Notes: generated by a model from the letters alone, not told the origin. A stretch of DNA of 50,888 nucleotides from a bacterium (GCA_013360215.1 JABWCP010000008.1:124001-174888); one strand, 5' to 3'; shown: positions 8,254 to 18,425, numbered from the stretch's first letter. Made by a program: numbers and translations.

Positions 8254-9309
8254 TTACAAAAGACAGTCTTTTACTGATTGCGCAATGTGCCAGGCCAATA
8301 CAGGCGGGACAGCGTTTCCGATTTGTCGTTCAGTTTCTCTAAGTTTTGCTTCAAAGATAAAATTGTCCGGAAAAGACTGAATACGCGCGGCCTCTCTCAT
8401 AGATAATCTACGTGGCAATGAATAGTGAAATTGAATATTCCCGTGACATTCAGCCCTAATTGTGAAAGCGGGCTTTGATGGCTCTAATCTTCTTCCGCCT
8501 TGCTCGCCGCTTTTTTTTGCTAAACTCCATATATGGTTAATCTGCTCATTTTCATTTACCTTTTCCAAATCGTGAATTGCGTCATAACTTGTAAGCCAAT
8601 TTTCTTTTTGTCTAACTGTTTTAGGCGGGACAAACGACTTAACGTCTTTTGCCGTTCCAACAATAAAAACACGCTCTCTACTTTGTGGAACGCCATAATC
8701 CGCTGAATGATACAACTGATAACTTATATTATATCCTAACTCATTAAAATCGTGAAGAATCTTATTAAGTGATTCTCGTCGCGTCTTCATTAATAATCCT
8801 TTTACGTTTTCCGCAACAAATACTTTTGGATTCGTGAGTTTTATTGCTTCTATCATATAAGTATAAAGGCTACTTCTTTTTCCATTTACACCCAAACCTT
8901 TTCCGTTTATTGAAATGTCTTGGCAAGGAAAACCCCCAATTAAAACATCTGCTTGGGAAGGAAGTTTTCCTATATAATCACGAATATCTCCGCAATGAAT
9001 ATTACTGTCAATATTTCTTGAATAACTTTTACAAGCATACGGATTTAGTTCATTAGCCCATTTAATTTCAAATGGATTTTTATAATATTCATTTCCGAAA
9101 ATTGAAAATCCGCCTATAAAACCCAAATCCATTCCTCCGCAACCAGAAAACAAAGAAACTATTGAAAATTTTTTTTTCTTTTTCAAAATACTTTGCGAAA
9201 CCCTTCTTTGCATTGTTTTCAACTTAACGATTGTCGTTTCGTTAGCGGCAATCGTTAGAACGTCATTGTCCAACTCTGCATATTGTTCTCTTATTGCTGT
9301 TTTCTGCAT
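8254..9309 (-). CDS. DNA (cytosine-5) methyltransferase
   Basis: Motif I SLFSGCGG, IV GGFPCQD, VI ENVKG, VIII QSRERVF, IX RRLSMREAARIQSFP, X QIGNAVPP. Confidence 0.97.
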   Translation of the reverse strand: MQKTAIREQYAELDNDVLTIAANETTIVKLKTMQRRVSQSILKKKKKFSIVSLFSGCGGMDLGFIGGFSIFGNEYYKNPFEIKWANELNPYACKSYSRNIDSNIHCGDIRDYIGKLPSQADVLIGGFPCQDISINGKGLGVNGKRSSLYTYMIEAIKLTNPKVFVAENVKGLLMKTRRESLNKILHDFNELGYNISYQLYHSADYGVPQSRERVFIVGTAKDVKSFVPPKTVRQKENWLTSYDAIHDLEKVNENEQINHIWSLAKKSGEQGGRRLEPSKPAFTIRAECHGNIQFHYSLPRRLSMREAARIQSFPDNFIFEAKLRETERQIGNAVPPVLAWHIAQSVKDCLL

Positions 9310-9310
9310 A

Positions 9311-9631
9311 TCAATTATGCCTTTGCTTTTTGTAATACTTCACTTTTTCTTCCGCAATTTTGAGAATGTCTTTTGTATAATCTTCTTCCATTATTTCATA
9401 AGCGACTTTATCGCTTAGGAAGGAAACAAGTAATGGCTTTGAATTAACGGAAAACAGTTCGGCTAATTTTTCAATTATTTCCTTGTTCGCGTTGCGTTCA
9501 TTCCTTTCAATCTTTCCAAGAGTTGACGGATCAATATCGAGATGCGCCGCTACTTTTCGAAGAGGCAAACCGCTTTCTTCCCTTAGTTTTCTGATTGTGT
9601 CTCCAAAAGTTTCATTTTGCATCATAATCAT
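9311..9631 (-). CDS. XRE-family HTH regulator, probable RM controller (C) protein
   Basis: FGDTIRKLREESGLPLRKVAAHLDIDPSTLGKIERNER; stop lies 1 nt before the MTase ATG. The true start is one of the ATGs at 9631, 9625 or 9622. Confidence 0.85.
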   Translation of the reverse strand: MIMMQNETFGDTIRKLREESGLPLRKVAAHLDIDPSTLGKIERNERNANKEIIEKLAELFSVNSKPLLVSFLSDKVAYEIMEEDYTKDILKIAEEKVKYYKKQRHN

Positions 9632-9635
9632 GAAT

Positions 9636-9686
9636 AGTATATAGAAAATTGATTCAGGACAAACAGTGTCCAAACATACGATGTCC
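9636..9686 (-). promoter_or_regulatory. Promoter with tandem C-box-like operators for the RM operon
   Basis: GGACA-aacag-TGTCC (9657-9671) abuts degenerate AAACA-tacga-TGTCC (9672-9686); TATACT on the minus strand at 9641-9636. Confidence 0.6.
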
Positions 9687-9968
9687 TTAAAAAGGAATCA
9701 ACAATTTTGTCTTTTTATAAAATATTTTTATTTAAAACCTAAAATTCGGAGAGTGAATGAGCTTGGTTGCCTCGCTTTTCTGTCTGTCAAATGTAACTTT
9801 GATGATGACTCATTCTATGGGCGCCCGTATCTCAATAGTCGAACACATTAAAACAAGAAAACGAAAAAAGGAAAGAAAAAATCCACCAACAATCCTGCTA
9901 ATTATGGACAATCCTATTATCGAACAGCAGCTTGTTTAAACATTTTAAATCAACCCAATTTGTAGATT

Positions 9969-10000
9969 AAAAAACTCCGAGCCATGACCGGCTCGGAGTT
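9969..10000 (-). terminator. Rho-independent terminator of fabI
   Basis: Stem AACTCCGAGCC / GGCTCGGAGTT with a 6-nt loop and a U-run on the minus strand. Confidence 0.85.
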
Positions 10001-10031
10001 GTAATATTAATTCAAAAAATCAGATCCGCGA

Positions 10032-10799
10032 TCACATGCCGGTAATATTATATCCGCAGTCAACGTACATGATTTCACCGGTGATACCGCGCGAAAGCGG
10101 GCTGACCATAAACAGCGAAGCGTCGCCGACTTCGTCCACTTCCACATTGCGGCGGAGCGGCGCTTTTTGAGGCGTGATATCCAGTATTTTGGTAAATCCG
10201 GAAATGCCGCGTGCCGCTAGCGTATTGATCGGTCCTGCCGAAATCGCATTAACGCGGATATTGGACGGACCGAGATCGGCTGCCAGATATCGCACCGAGG
10301 CTTCGAGCGATGCTTTCGCTACGCCCATCACGTTATAACCGGGTATGACTTTTTCTGCGCCATAGTAGGTCAAGGCTACGATCGCACCGCCTTTTTCTTT
10401 CATCAGCGGCATCGCTTCGCGTGCCATACCGATCAATGAATACGCGCTGATGTCGTGGGCTACGCGAAATCCTTCGCGCGAAGTCGTACTAAACGGTTTT
10501 TCCAAATCGTCTTTCTGTGCGTAAGCAATGGAGTGCACTAAAAAATCTATATGCGGCATGTCTTTGCTGACGGCTTCAAACAACCGCTTGATATCGTCAT
10601 CTTTGGTCACATCGCAATCATAAAGCAGATTACTTCCTAGTTCGGTTGCGATTTCTTCGACATTGCGCTTGAGGCGTTCACCCTGGTACGTAAAAGCCAG
10701 CTTGGCGCCTTCCCGTGCGAGGCTTTTGGCAATGGCATGGGCGATACTGCGCTTATTGGCAACGCCGCAAATCAATCCTTGTTTACCCTGCATCAGCAT
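10032..10799 (-). CDS. fabI: Enoyl-ACP reductase (NADH)
   Basis: GVANKRSIA, HSIAYA, YNVMGVAKASLE and NAISAGPINTLAA. Start placed at ATG 10799 by the AGGAG RBS at 10810-10814. Confidence 0.97.
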   Translation of the reverse strand: MLMQGKQGLICGVANKRSIAHAIAKSLAREGAKLAFTYQGERLKRNVEEIATELGSNLLYDCDVTKDDDIKRLFEAVSKDMPHIDFLVHSIAYAQKDDLEKPFSTTSREGFRVAHDISAYSLIGMAREAMPLMKEKGGAIVALTYYGAEKVIPGYNVMGVAKASLEASVRYLAADLGPSNIRVNAISAGPINTLAARGISGFTKILDITPQKAPLRRNVEVDEVGDASLFMVSPLSRGITGEIMYVDCGYNITGM

Positions 10800-10924
10800 A
10801 ATGATAGTACTCCTGATTGTTAGTGTAAAAACCGGCGGAAATATAGCCAAACGAAAATTGCATAACAACTAAAAGATTCCCGTCACCGGTCGGACGCCTC
10901 AAAACGGTACGGCACCGACGTATT

Positions 10925-12379
10925 TCAAAAATCCACACTGATCACGGTTCGGCTTTTGGGCACCTGACTTTTGAGAGCGCCCTGATGCATCACGCCGCAT
11001 CCGAGCGCCGTTCCTTGCGACCGGACTACCACGCCGCCGGCCATACCGGGAAATTCACGGCGTATCGTCCCTGCTTCGACAAACGTTTCAATTTCCCTCG
11101 TATCGGTCAATTCGATAATATTACGGGAAATGTCGCGGCTAAAAAGTTGCGCCGCGTTGGTCGAAAGTTTCCACATATCGCCTTTACGGGTGCGTGCCAG
11201 ACGCATCCCCACACGATGGGTAAAAAGCGCATTGAGCACCGATTCGCGACCGCGCCAATCTTCCGATGCGATGAATGTTTCATCGTCTTTGATGTGATAA
11301 ACAAATTGATCCCAAAAGTTTTCATCAAAACCGAAAAGACCGGAAAAATATTTTCCCATGCCGCAGATTTCCGCATGCGAGGATCCATCCAGCGCATACA
11401 TTTTTTTGTGTTCCGCTTGCGCCGTTTTACCGGTGCGCACTTCGATGGCCTCATCAAGCCTGAATTTGGCAAGGAAAAACCCTTCGGGATTGATCGCCGA
11501 CGGCATCACGCGACGGGTCAGCGCTACGCGCGGGTCAAATGTCTTTTCCCCAAACGCCGTAATGCCCGGCAGCGCGGCTATACCCTCGGGCAGATCAAAC
11601 GCTTCTAAATGCAAAGACGGATACCGTTTTAGTATCGTATCCACCAATCCTTCGTTTTCTTCTGCCGAAATCGTACAGGTCGAATAAACCAGCGTCCCGC
11701 CGGGGCGAAGGGCTTTGAGTCCGCTCACGACTAATTGTTCTTGTATAAACGCAAATTTATTCAGATGACGCAAATTGCTGACGGCGGATGGCGCTTTATG
11801 AATTACCCCCAGCGCCGAACACGGCGCGTCCACCAATACTTTCGTAAACGATCCGGGTACCAGATTTCCGATGCGCTCGCCCTGCATATTGACCATCGCG
11901 GTATTGATCACACCGAGACGATCCAGATTATGCGAAAGGGTTTTGATGCGTTTGTCGTCGCGATCATTGGCTACCATACAGCCGCCGTTTTTCATCATCT
12001 GCGCCATTTGTGTGGTTTTGGAACCGGGTGCAGCCGACACATCCAAAACAAAATCCGACGCCGTGGGATTTAACACTATCGGTGGCAACATCGAAGCGAT
12101 ACTTTGTATATAAAATAAGCCGAGGAAGTGTTCAATCGTTTTACTGATCCGCGCATCTTCGCCTTCCACCAGAAGTGCATCCGGCATGGACGGGATTTCC
12201 GTAAACCGAAAATTTTGTTGCGCAAGCCGATGGATGAAATCCGTTTTGTTGAACTTCAGCGTATTCACACGAAGCGCCGTACGTCGCTCAAAATCCAGGC
12301 CTTGCGAAAACGCGTCCGCGTATTCGCCGGGAAATAATTTAAGATATTCTTTTAACGCTTCCGGTATTTCGATCGGCAT
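10925..12379 (-). CDS. rsmF: RsmB/NOP2-family rRNA m5C methyltransferase (RsmF/YebU-like)
   Basis: YIQSIASM, VLDVSAAPGSKT, DAPCS and YSTCT motifs; C-terminal PUA-like extension. Confidence 0.8.
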   Translation of the reverse strand: MPIEIPEALKEYLKLFPGEYADAFSQGLDFERRTALRVNTLKFNKTDFIHRLAQQNFRFTEIPSMPDALLVEGEDARISKTIEHFLGLFYIQSIASMLPPIVLNPTASDFVLDVSAAPGSKTTQMAQMMKNGGCMVANDRDDKRIKTLSHNLDRLGVINTAMVNMQGERIGNLVPGSFTKVLVDAPCSALGVIHKAPSAVSNLRHLNKFAFIQEQLVVSGLKALRPGGTLVYSTCTISAEENEGLVDTILKRYPSLHLEAFDLPEGIAALPGITAFGEKTFDPRVALTRRVMPSAINPEGFFLAKFRLDEAIEVRTGKTAQAEHKKMYALDGSSHAEICGMGKYFSGLFGFDENFWDQFVYHIKDDETFIASEDWRGRESVLNALFTHRVGMRLARTRKGDMWKLSTNAAQLFSRDISRNIIELTDTREIETFVEAGTIRREFPGMAGGVVVRSQGTALGCGVMHQGALKSQVPKSRTVISVDF

Positions 12380-12544
12380 AAATAAAGTGTGTTAAACAGT
12401 GGATTGCAATCGGGCTAAATAACAACCTTTTGGCAATAGTGCAACGACGAATTGTAAAATCGCGTCGTGTGGGTGATCTCGCTATTTCATTTGCATGTGC
12501 TTATAACCAGAAGAGCGGGATTCTACCGTGCCACGAAATTCCTG

Positions 12545-12626
12545 CTCGCTAAGTCGCTGAGACGCAAAGACATAAAAATTAATATATCGAAAAAAACTTT
12601 TCCTCTTCCCTTTGCGACTTTGCGAG
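12545..12626. repeat. Imperfect inverted repeat built from 8-bp CGCWAAGW-type units
   Basis: Left arm CTCGCTAAGTCGCTGAGACGCAAAGA (12545-12570), right arm CTTTGCGACTTTGCGAG (12610-12626). Confidence 0.7.
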
Positions 12627-12817
12627 AACGAATGCGGCATACTACGGCGCAAAAAACGACATAAAAGGTTTCATAATTTACACAAACTTTAATAACAACG
12701 CGGAATTCAAGAACACTTTTGAAGTTGACTGTACCATTACGAGATATTTACATAACATAATCTTTGCCTTTGATCGTATGGCATCCTTAGATTGCGCGCA
12801 ATCTACAAAGGATACTC

Positions 12818-15337
12818 ATGTTTGCTGAAGTTGTTTTTGACCTCGCGATCGAAACACGTTTTACGTATAGCATTCCCGACGCATGGGAATCCGTCATTGT
12901 TCCCGGTTCGCGTGTACTGGCACCGTTTGGCCGCAAAAAAATCACCGGATATGTCGTAGCTTTATCCCGCCACAGCGAACGCGATCAGATATTTCCGATA
13001 CACGAAGCATTGGACCCTCTGCCGGCTTTCTCCGAAGATCTTTTGAAGTTAGCGGAATGGATCGCGGAGTATTATATGGCACCGCTCGGCCAGGTGCTCG
13101 GCGCTATGCTCCCGCCGGGTATGGAGCGTCACGGCGAAAAACTGTATGTGCTCAAAGCGGCAATTACCGATTTTGAAATCAAAAGCCTCAACAAAAGTAA
13201 GCCGGTACAATCCAAAATTCTCAAAGCGCTTTACGTTTATAAAAAACTCACGTTGCGCCAATTGGTCAAAAAAGTCGGTGCGCGCAATTTGATTAAAAAT
13301 TTGGACGAACTGTTGCGCTCGGCTGTCGTCGAAGAGCGGGATGTCATCAGCGATCAATTGGCTAATATACGAACGGATACCTGGGTTCGTCTCTCGCCGC
13401 TTCTGCTTGGCGACGAAGAGCGTTTTGTATGGGCTACAGACGAACTCAAAAAACGCGCTCCCAAACAAGCCGATATTTTATTCTACCTGGATGAAGCGAC
13501 ACGCCAGTCAGAAGATGAAGAGCCTTTTGCCCTACGCCAGGCCGAACTTCTGAAAATCACCGAGGCGCCGTATTCGGCGCTCATCGCATTGGAGAAAAAA
13601 AACTGGATCGAACGGATCGAACGCGAAGTGATCCGCGACCCGTATCAACGCGACTACCCCAGACCCAACGACGTCACACTCAACGATCATCAGGCGCAAG
13701 CTGTCACTGCGATTGCCGGCACATTACGGGAAAATAACTATTACACATGGTTACTCTACGGTGTGACGGGCAGCGGTAAAACGCAGGTTTATATTGAGAG
13801 CATTCGTCATACGCTGGCGCTCGGAAAAAATGCGATCGTGCTGGTACCCGAAATCGCACTGACCCCGCAAGCCGTAGAACGTTTCAAAGCGCATTTCGGC
13901 GATCAGGTCGCGGTACTCCACAGCCGTATGACGATGGGCGAACGATTTGACAGTTGGCGAAAGCTGCAGAGCGGACATTTTCGCATCGCCATCGGCGCAC
14001 GTTCGGCCGTATTTGCACCGGTTCAGAATCTCGGATTGATCGTGGTTGATGAAGAGCACGAACACACATACAAACAACAGGATAATATCCCCCCGTATCA
14101 TGCCCGCGATGCGGCGATCATGCGCGCTTCGTTTTGTAAAGCGACGGTGATCCTCGGTTCTGCCACGCCCAGCATCGAGTCCTACTATAACGCCACGACA
14201 CAAAAATACGGCTTACTCAAGTTGCCCATTCGTATCAACGACGTCCCGATGCCGGAAGTGGAAGTTGTCAACATGCGGGAAGAATACGAAAAACATACGT
14301 CGGAGTGGCAGCCGATTCTCTCCCGCGCTTTACGCCAACGCATGAAGGAAGAATTGCAGCATCGTCGCCAGGCGATTCTTTTTCAAAACCGGCGCGGCTA
14401 TTCGAGTTCCGTCGAATGTTTTGACTGCGGTCATGTCGCCGAATGCCCGCGATGCAGTATCGCTCTTACGTATCACATCACCGGCCACCGCTTACGATGC
14501 CACTATTGCGGATTTCATCAACCGATGTATTCGGTGTGCCCTCAATGCGACAGCCTGAATATTTTACAACAAGGTATCGGTACGCAAAAAGTTGAAGAGC
14601 AATTAAGGACATCCTTCCCCAATGCCGGCGTATTGCGGATGGACGTTGACAGCACGTCCGCCAAAGGTGCGCATCATCGCATTTTGGAGGAATTCAAAAA
14701 TAAGAATGCGCTGATTTTATTGGGCACCCAGATGGTTACCAAAGGGTTGGATTTTGAAAACGTCACCGTCGTCGGTGTTATTTCGGCGGATACGAGTTTG
14801 TTGCTGCCGGATTTTCGCGCCGGCGAACGCACGTTTCAACTTCTCACGCAAGTTGCGGGGCGCGCCGGACGTAAAGATAAAATCGGATATGTGATCATAC
14901 AAACCATGCACCCCGACCGCGCTGCGATCCGTCATGCTCGGCAGCATGATTTCATTTCGTTTTTCAACGAGGAAATTTCCATCCGTCATGATTTGCTCTA
15001 CCCGCCGTTCGGCCGATTAGTGCTGATTCAGATCCGTTCGGAAGACGAACAAAAAGCTGTTGAACTATCGGGTGTCTTTAGCGATATTCTTGCAGGCGAA
15101 ATTAAACGCTATCCCGATCTGGCTTCCGGCGTGGCTCAATTGGGCCCGACACCGGCACCCATCGTGAAAATTCGAAATTATTTTCGTTATCACATTTTAT
15201 TGAAAGTGGACAAAGAAGCGGATCGGTCCGGTTCCCGTATCCGTTCTATTCTCCGGCATACGCGCAAACAAGTTATTTCCCGAATTCCATCCGGAGCCGA
15301 AATTCGCATTGATGCGGATCCGCTTTCGTTACTTTAA
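12818..15337 (+). CDS. priA: Primosomal protein N'
   Basis: GVTGSGKT, LVPEIALTPQ, VDEEHE, four CxxC pairs, GTQMVTKGLDF and QVAGRAGR. Confidence 0.98.
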   Translation: MFAEVVFDLAIETRFTYSIPDAWESVIVPGSRVLAPFGRKKITGYVVALSRHSERDQIFPIHEALDPLPAFSEDLLKLAEWIAEYYMAPLGQVLGAMLPPGMERHGEKLYVLKAAITDFEIKSLNKSKPVQSKILKALYVYKKLTLRQLVKKVGARNLIKNLDELLRSAVVEERDVISDQLANIRTDTWVRLSPLLLGDEERFVWATDELKKRAPKQADILFYLDEATRQSEDEEPFALRQAELLKITEAPYSALIALEKKNWIERIEREVIRDPYQRDYPRPNDVTLNDHQAQAVTAIAGTLRENNYYTWLLYGVTGSGKTQVYIESIRHTLALGKNAIVLVPEIALTPQAVERFKAHFGDQVAVLHSRMTMGERFDSWRKLQSGHFRIAIGARSAVFAPVQNLGLIVVDEEHEHTYKQQDNIPPYHARDAAIMRASFCKATVILGSATPSIESYYNATTQKYGLLKLPIRINDVPMPEVEVVNMREEYEKHTSEWQPILSRALRQRMKEELQHRRQAILFQNRRGYSSSVECFDCGHVAECPRCSIALTYHITGHRLRCHYCGFHQPMYSVCPQCDSLNILQQGIGTQKVEEQLRTSFPNAGVLRMDVDSTSAKGAHHRILEEFKNKNALILLGTQMVTKGLDFENVTVVGVISADTSLLLPDFRAGERTFQLLTQVAGRAGRKDKIGYVIIQTMHPDRAAIRHARQHDFISFFNEEISIRHDLLYPPFGRLVLIQIRSEDEQKAVELSGVFSDILAGEIKRYPDLASGVAQLGPTPAPIVKIRNYFRYHILLKVDKEADRSGSRIRSILRHTRKQVISRIPSGAEIRIDADPLSLL

Positions 15338-15349
15338 TCCGATAAAGTT

Positions 15350-16672
15350 ATGAGCAAACGATTTGAAGAAAAACGCGAAGCCTTTGAGATACTCAACAAG
15401 GAACTCAGTGATCTCATACCGCTGGAGCAGCGCGTTCAAAAAAAGGATAAATCGCCTCATGTGGTAGATCCGCACGCGCATCTGCCCAACGATCCCTCCA
15501 AAAGCGATGCGACCGGCGCCGTACCCAAAGAGTGGCTGGACGAACAAGCCGCGTTGCACGAAAAATATAAATTAGTCGAGCGCGTTTATAAGTTTTACCG
15601 CAACATCATACAGAATATGAGTTCGAGCATTATCTGTATGGATATGGCCGGCCACATCACCTTCCTCAACGCCAACGCCGCCAAAACACTGGAATATCAG
15701 GTCGAAGAATTGCTTGGTCATCCGATGACGGACATCGTCGCGGAACCCGGCCGTGAATCCAAGATCATTGATCGTATGCTCATCGGTAACAAACGTTTTG
15801 AAAGTAAAGAGGTCGGTCTGATTGCCAAGTCCGGCGCCGTTTTACCGATCGGATTCAGCACCGCGCCGCTCATCGAAAATCACGAACAAATCGGCGTGAT
15901 TATTACGTTTCGTGATCTGACAGAAATGAATCTGATGCGCAAACAAGTCGAACGAATGGATCGTCTGGCGACTTTGGGTGAGTTGGCCACCGGTATTGCG
16001 CATGAAGTGCGCAACCCGCTCGGCGGCATCAAAACAGCGGCTCAGGTGCTCGAAGAGTCCTTCGAAGACAACGACCGCCGATTAGAATTGGTAAGCCGTA
16101 TCGTGCGTGAGATTGATCGCGTCAACCACTTACTGACGGATTTTTTCAAATTTGCCAAACCCGTCAAACCGACCCGCGATCACTTTGATGTCGAATCGTT
16201 GATTGACGGCGTTTATCTTTTACTTGCGGCGCAAATGAATTCTAAAAAGATTCGATTTAAGGAAGATTTTTCCTCGACATTACCCAAAGTGTACGCCGAT
16301 CCGCATCAGACTGAACAAGTATTGATGAACATCATTTTGAATGCCGTCCAAGCCATGCCGCAAGGGGGAGATATCATCGTACGTACATACACGACGACCG
16401 TCGGGGAAAGCAAAAGCATGATTCATCATACGGATGAATTTTTTGATAAAAACATTCCGTTTGTGGCGATCGAGATCAGCGATACGGGAGTCGGGATTCC
16501 GCAGGAAAATATCGAGAAAATATTCAATCCCTTTTATACCACCAAACCCGACGGCATGGGCCTCGGGTTGTCTATTTGCAATCGTTTACTCACCGAAAAT
16601 AACGGAAATCTGCACGTGGAAAGCGCCGTCGGCAAAGGCACCAAGTTTGTCATCATGCTGCCGACGCGTTAA
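15350..16672 (+). CDS. Cytoplasmic PAS-domain sensor histidine kinase (NtrB-like)
   Basis: PAS domain, H-box AHEVRNPL, N-box NIILNA, G1 DTGVGI, FNPFYTTK, G2 GLGLSI; no TM segment. Confidence 0.93.
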   Translation: MSKRFEEKREAFEILNKELSDLIPLEQRVQKKDKSPHVVDPHAHLPNDPSKSDATGAVPKEWLDEQAALHEKYKLVERVYKFYRNIIQNMSSSIICMDMAGHITFLNANAAKTLEYQVEELLGHPMTDIVAEPGRESKIIDRMLIGNKRFESKEVGLIAKSGAVLPIGFSTAPLIENHEQIGVIITFRDLTEMNLMRKQVERMDRLATLGELATGIAHEVRNPLGGIKTAAQVLEESFEDNDRRLELVSRIVREIDRVNHLLTDFFKFAKPVKPTRDHFDVESLIDGVYLLLAAQMNSKKIRFKEDFSSTLPKVYADPHQTEQVLMNIILNAVQAMPQGGDIIVRTYTTTVGESKSMIHHTDEFFDKNIPFVAIEISDTGVGIPQENIEKIFNPFYTTKPDGMGLGLSICNRLLTENNGNLHVESAVGKGTKFVIMLPTR

Positions 16673-17024
16673 AACGCAGCATCGGTATGTGCGATTTTCG
16701 CATCCTATTAAAATCCGCTACCTCTCTGTAAAACACGATCAGATCATTGCGTATCGGGAGGTCGCTTGGCACACGCAATCCCGCATTCAATTTGACCAAC
16801 CCTTTTTTCATCTGCAATTCATAACCGACCGCATTATTCCTGTCCAGATGATACAGCGCTACGGCGATATGGAGCACGCCTTGCAATAATCGCTTAAGCG
16901 TTTCCTCATTCGTATCGCGCCAAAGCGTCTCGAGCGTTTCATGGCAGATGTAGAATTGTTTACGGTTAAACTCTTCTACCGCACGGAGCCATAACGCATG
17001 CTGCTTGAGGGTTAGCGGGTTCAA
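16653..17024 (-). CDS. DUF309-family protein
   Basis: FN-xx-FY-xCHE-xLE-xxW and QG-xx-HIAVALYH motifs. Confidence 0.85.
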   Translation of the reverse strand: MNPLTLKQHALWLRAVEEFNRKQFYICHETLETLWRDTNEETLKRLLQGVLHIAVALYHLDRNNAVGYELQMKKGLVKLNAGLRVPSDLPIRNDLIVFYREVADFNRMRKSHIPMLRFNASAA

Positions 17025-17467
17025 ACGGTGGCCGGCATATCGTGAATATACGCATTCATCATTTTGAGTTCGGCGTCTTTTTCTTCCAGATTGGTTTCAA
17101 GCAAATCGCGCACGGAGATCATACCGAGAAATTTTTCGCCTTCCACGACCGGCAAATGCCGCGAGTTAACGCGTTTCATACGTTCCATGCATACATCGTA
17201 AGATTCACCGGCGGAAGCGACGGCGACGTTTTTTGTCATCACTGTCTCGATGGTCAGCGCGCGCGGATCCAGCCCTTGCAACACAACGCGTTTGAGCAAA
17301 TCGCGTTCGGAAAACACGCCCCGAAGTCGCATCGTGGCGGAGCTGTCAACGATACAAATCGCACCGATGTTTTTGGAAGCCATCAGTTGGATCACATCAA
17401 ACACGTTGGTACCTAATGTCACGGAATACGGTTCGCGCCCGGAGATAATAGCACTTACGGTTTTCAC
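17021..17467 (-). CDS. CBS-pair domain protein
   Basis: GVFSERDL, VMT and RHLPVV...GMISVRDL; GTG start at 17467 with GGAGG RBS. Confidence 0.9.
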   Translation of the reverse strand: MKTVSAIISGREPYSVTLGTNVFDVIQLMASKNIGAICIVDSSATMRLRGVFSERDLLKRVVLQGLDPRALTIETVMTKNVAVASAGESYDVCMERMKRVNSRHLPVVEGEKFLGMISVRDLLETNLEEKDAELKMMNAYIHDMPATV

Positions 17468-17571
17468 GGCAACCTCCTTGGTTGGTTGCAAAAGACGGTT
17501 GTTTAAGAATAATGAGAAAGAAAGGCGGGTAAAATATAAACGCAAAAGCTGATGATGTCAATAAGCGCGCA

Positions 17572-18012
17572 TCAATCTTCCGTACGGGGAAACTCCATGG
17601 CCAGAAGGATAAACGATATGCCCCAAAGCCCCATACCTTGAACGTACGGCGCACCAAAAGCAAGAATACTGCAACCGAGTAACCCGATCATTTCCGCAAC
17701 GGCAAAAAGTAAAATTGAACGTTTGATCCGCTCCTGTTCGGCCGCTTTCGGATCATGCGAAAGTTCCGCGACGGTTATGTCTCTTTTTTGCCGAAGAAAA
17801 ACAAAAGCCACGGCCGCACCGGCAGCGATGAACATAAAAATATAATGCATAGGAAAAGGCAATGAGGACAAACTCTCATTTTCTTTTTCACCCAAAGTCG
17901 GAAGAATCACCAGATGCACTACCGCCACAAAAACAAACAACGAAAATATCACTGCACCCCAAATGATACGCAGAATAGGGAGTTTGGTGTTGGGTGGGTT
18001 GATTTCACTCAT
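17572..18012 (-). CDS. Hypothetical membrane protein (about 4 TM)
   Basis: 146 aa with hydrophobic segments; GGAG RBS upstream. Confidence 0.75.
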   Translation of the reverse strand: MSEINPPNTKLPILRIIWGAVIFSLFVFVAVVHLVILPTLGEKENESLSSLPFPMHYIFMFIAAGAAVAFVFLRQKRDITVAELSHDPKAAEQERIKRSILLFAVAEMIGLLGCSILAFGAPYVQGMGLWGISFILLAMEFPRTED

Positions 18013-18425
18013 GGTTATCTCCGTTACAACTTTTGTTGTTTTGATGCCGAATTATATACCCCTCCGCTTGTAGCATGGTAATGCATTGCTTTTGATGTTG
18101 TTTTATGTTTTCAACACTTTCCCGAGATTGATCTTTCCAGCAATCCGAGTATATTAAAAAAATAAATAGCCTGTCATAGTCGACAAGTTGTAACATCAGC
18201 TTCCGTTAGTCTTACGGCTTTTATTTTACGGGTTTGTCTATGCGCGCTGATTGTATTTTTTTAATCTTGTTTAGCAAAAAAAGTTTTAACTGCATACCCA
18301 TCCATGGTTTTTTAATTACCCTGTGGACTTTTCATAATACCTATTGATTGAGGTTCAGTACTTGCAAAAGCGGATAATATAAAACTTTAGCAAACGTCTA
18401 AAAAATACTTGTTCTTAAGCTTGTG

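Noticed and set aside
12495-12545. SAM-I riboswitch resemblance (CTTATAACCAGAAGAGCGGGA)
   Set aside because: It lacks the ATCxAGAG core, kink-turn and P3/P4 elements, and no Met/SAM gene lies downstream.
18005-18425. 63-aa ORF, tmRNA gene or att duplication downstream of the smpB-linked block
   Set aside because: No tmRNA termini or tag frame, no copy of the smpB 3' end, and the ORF has no recognisable features.
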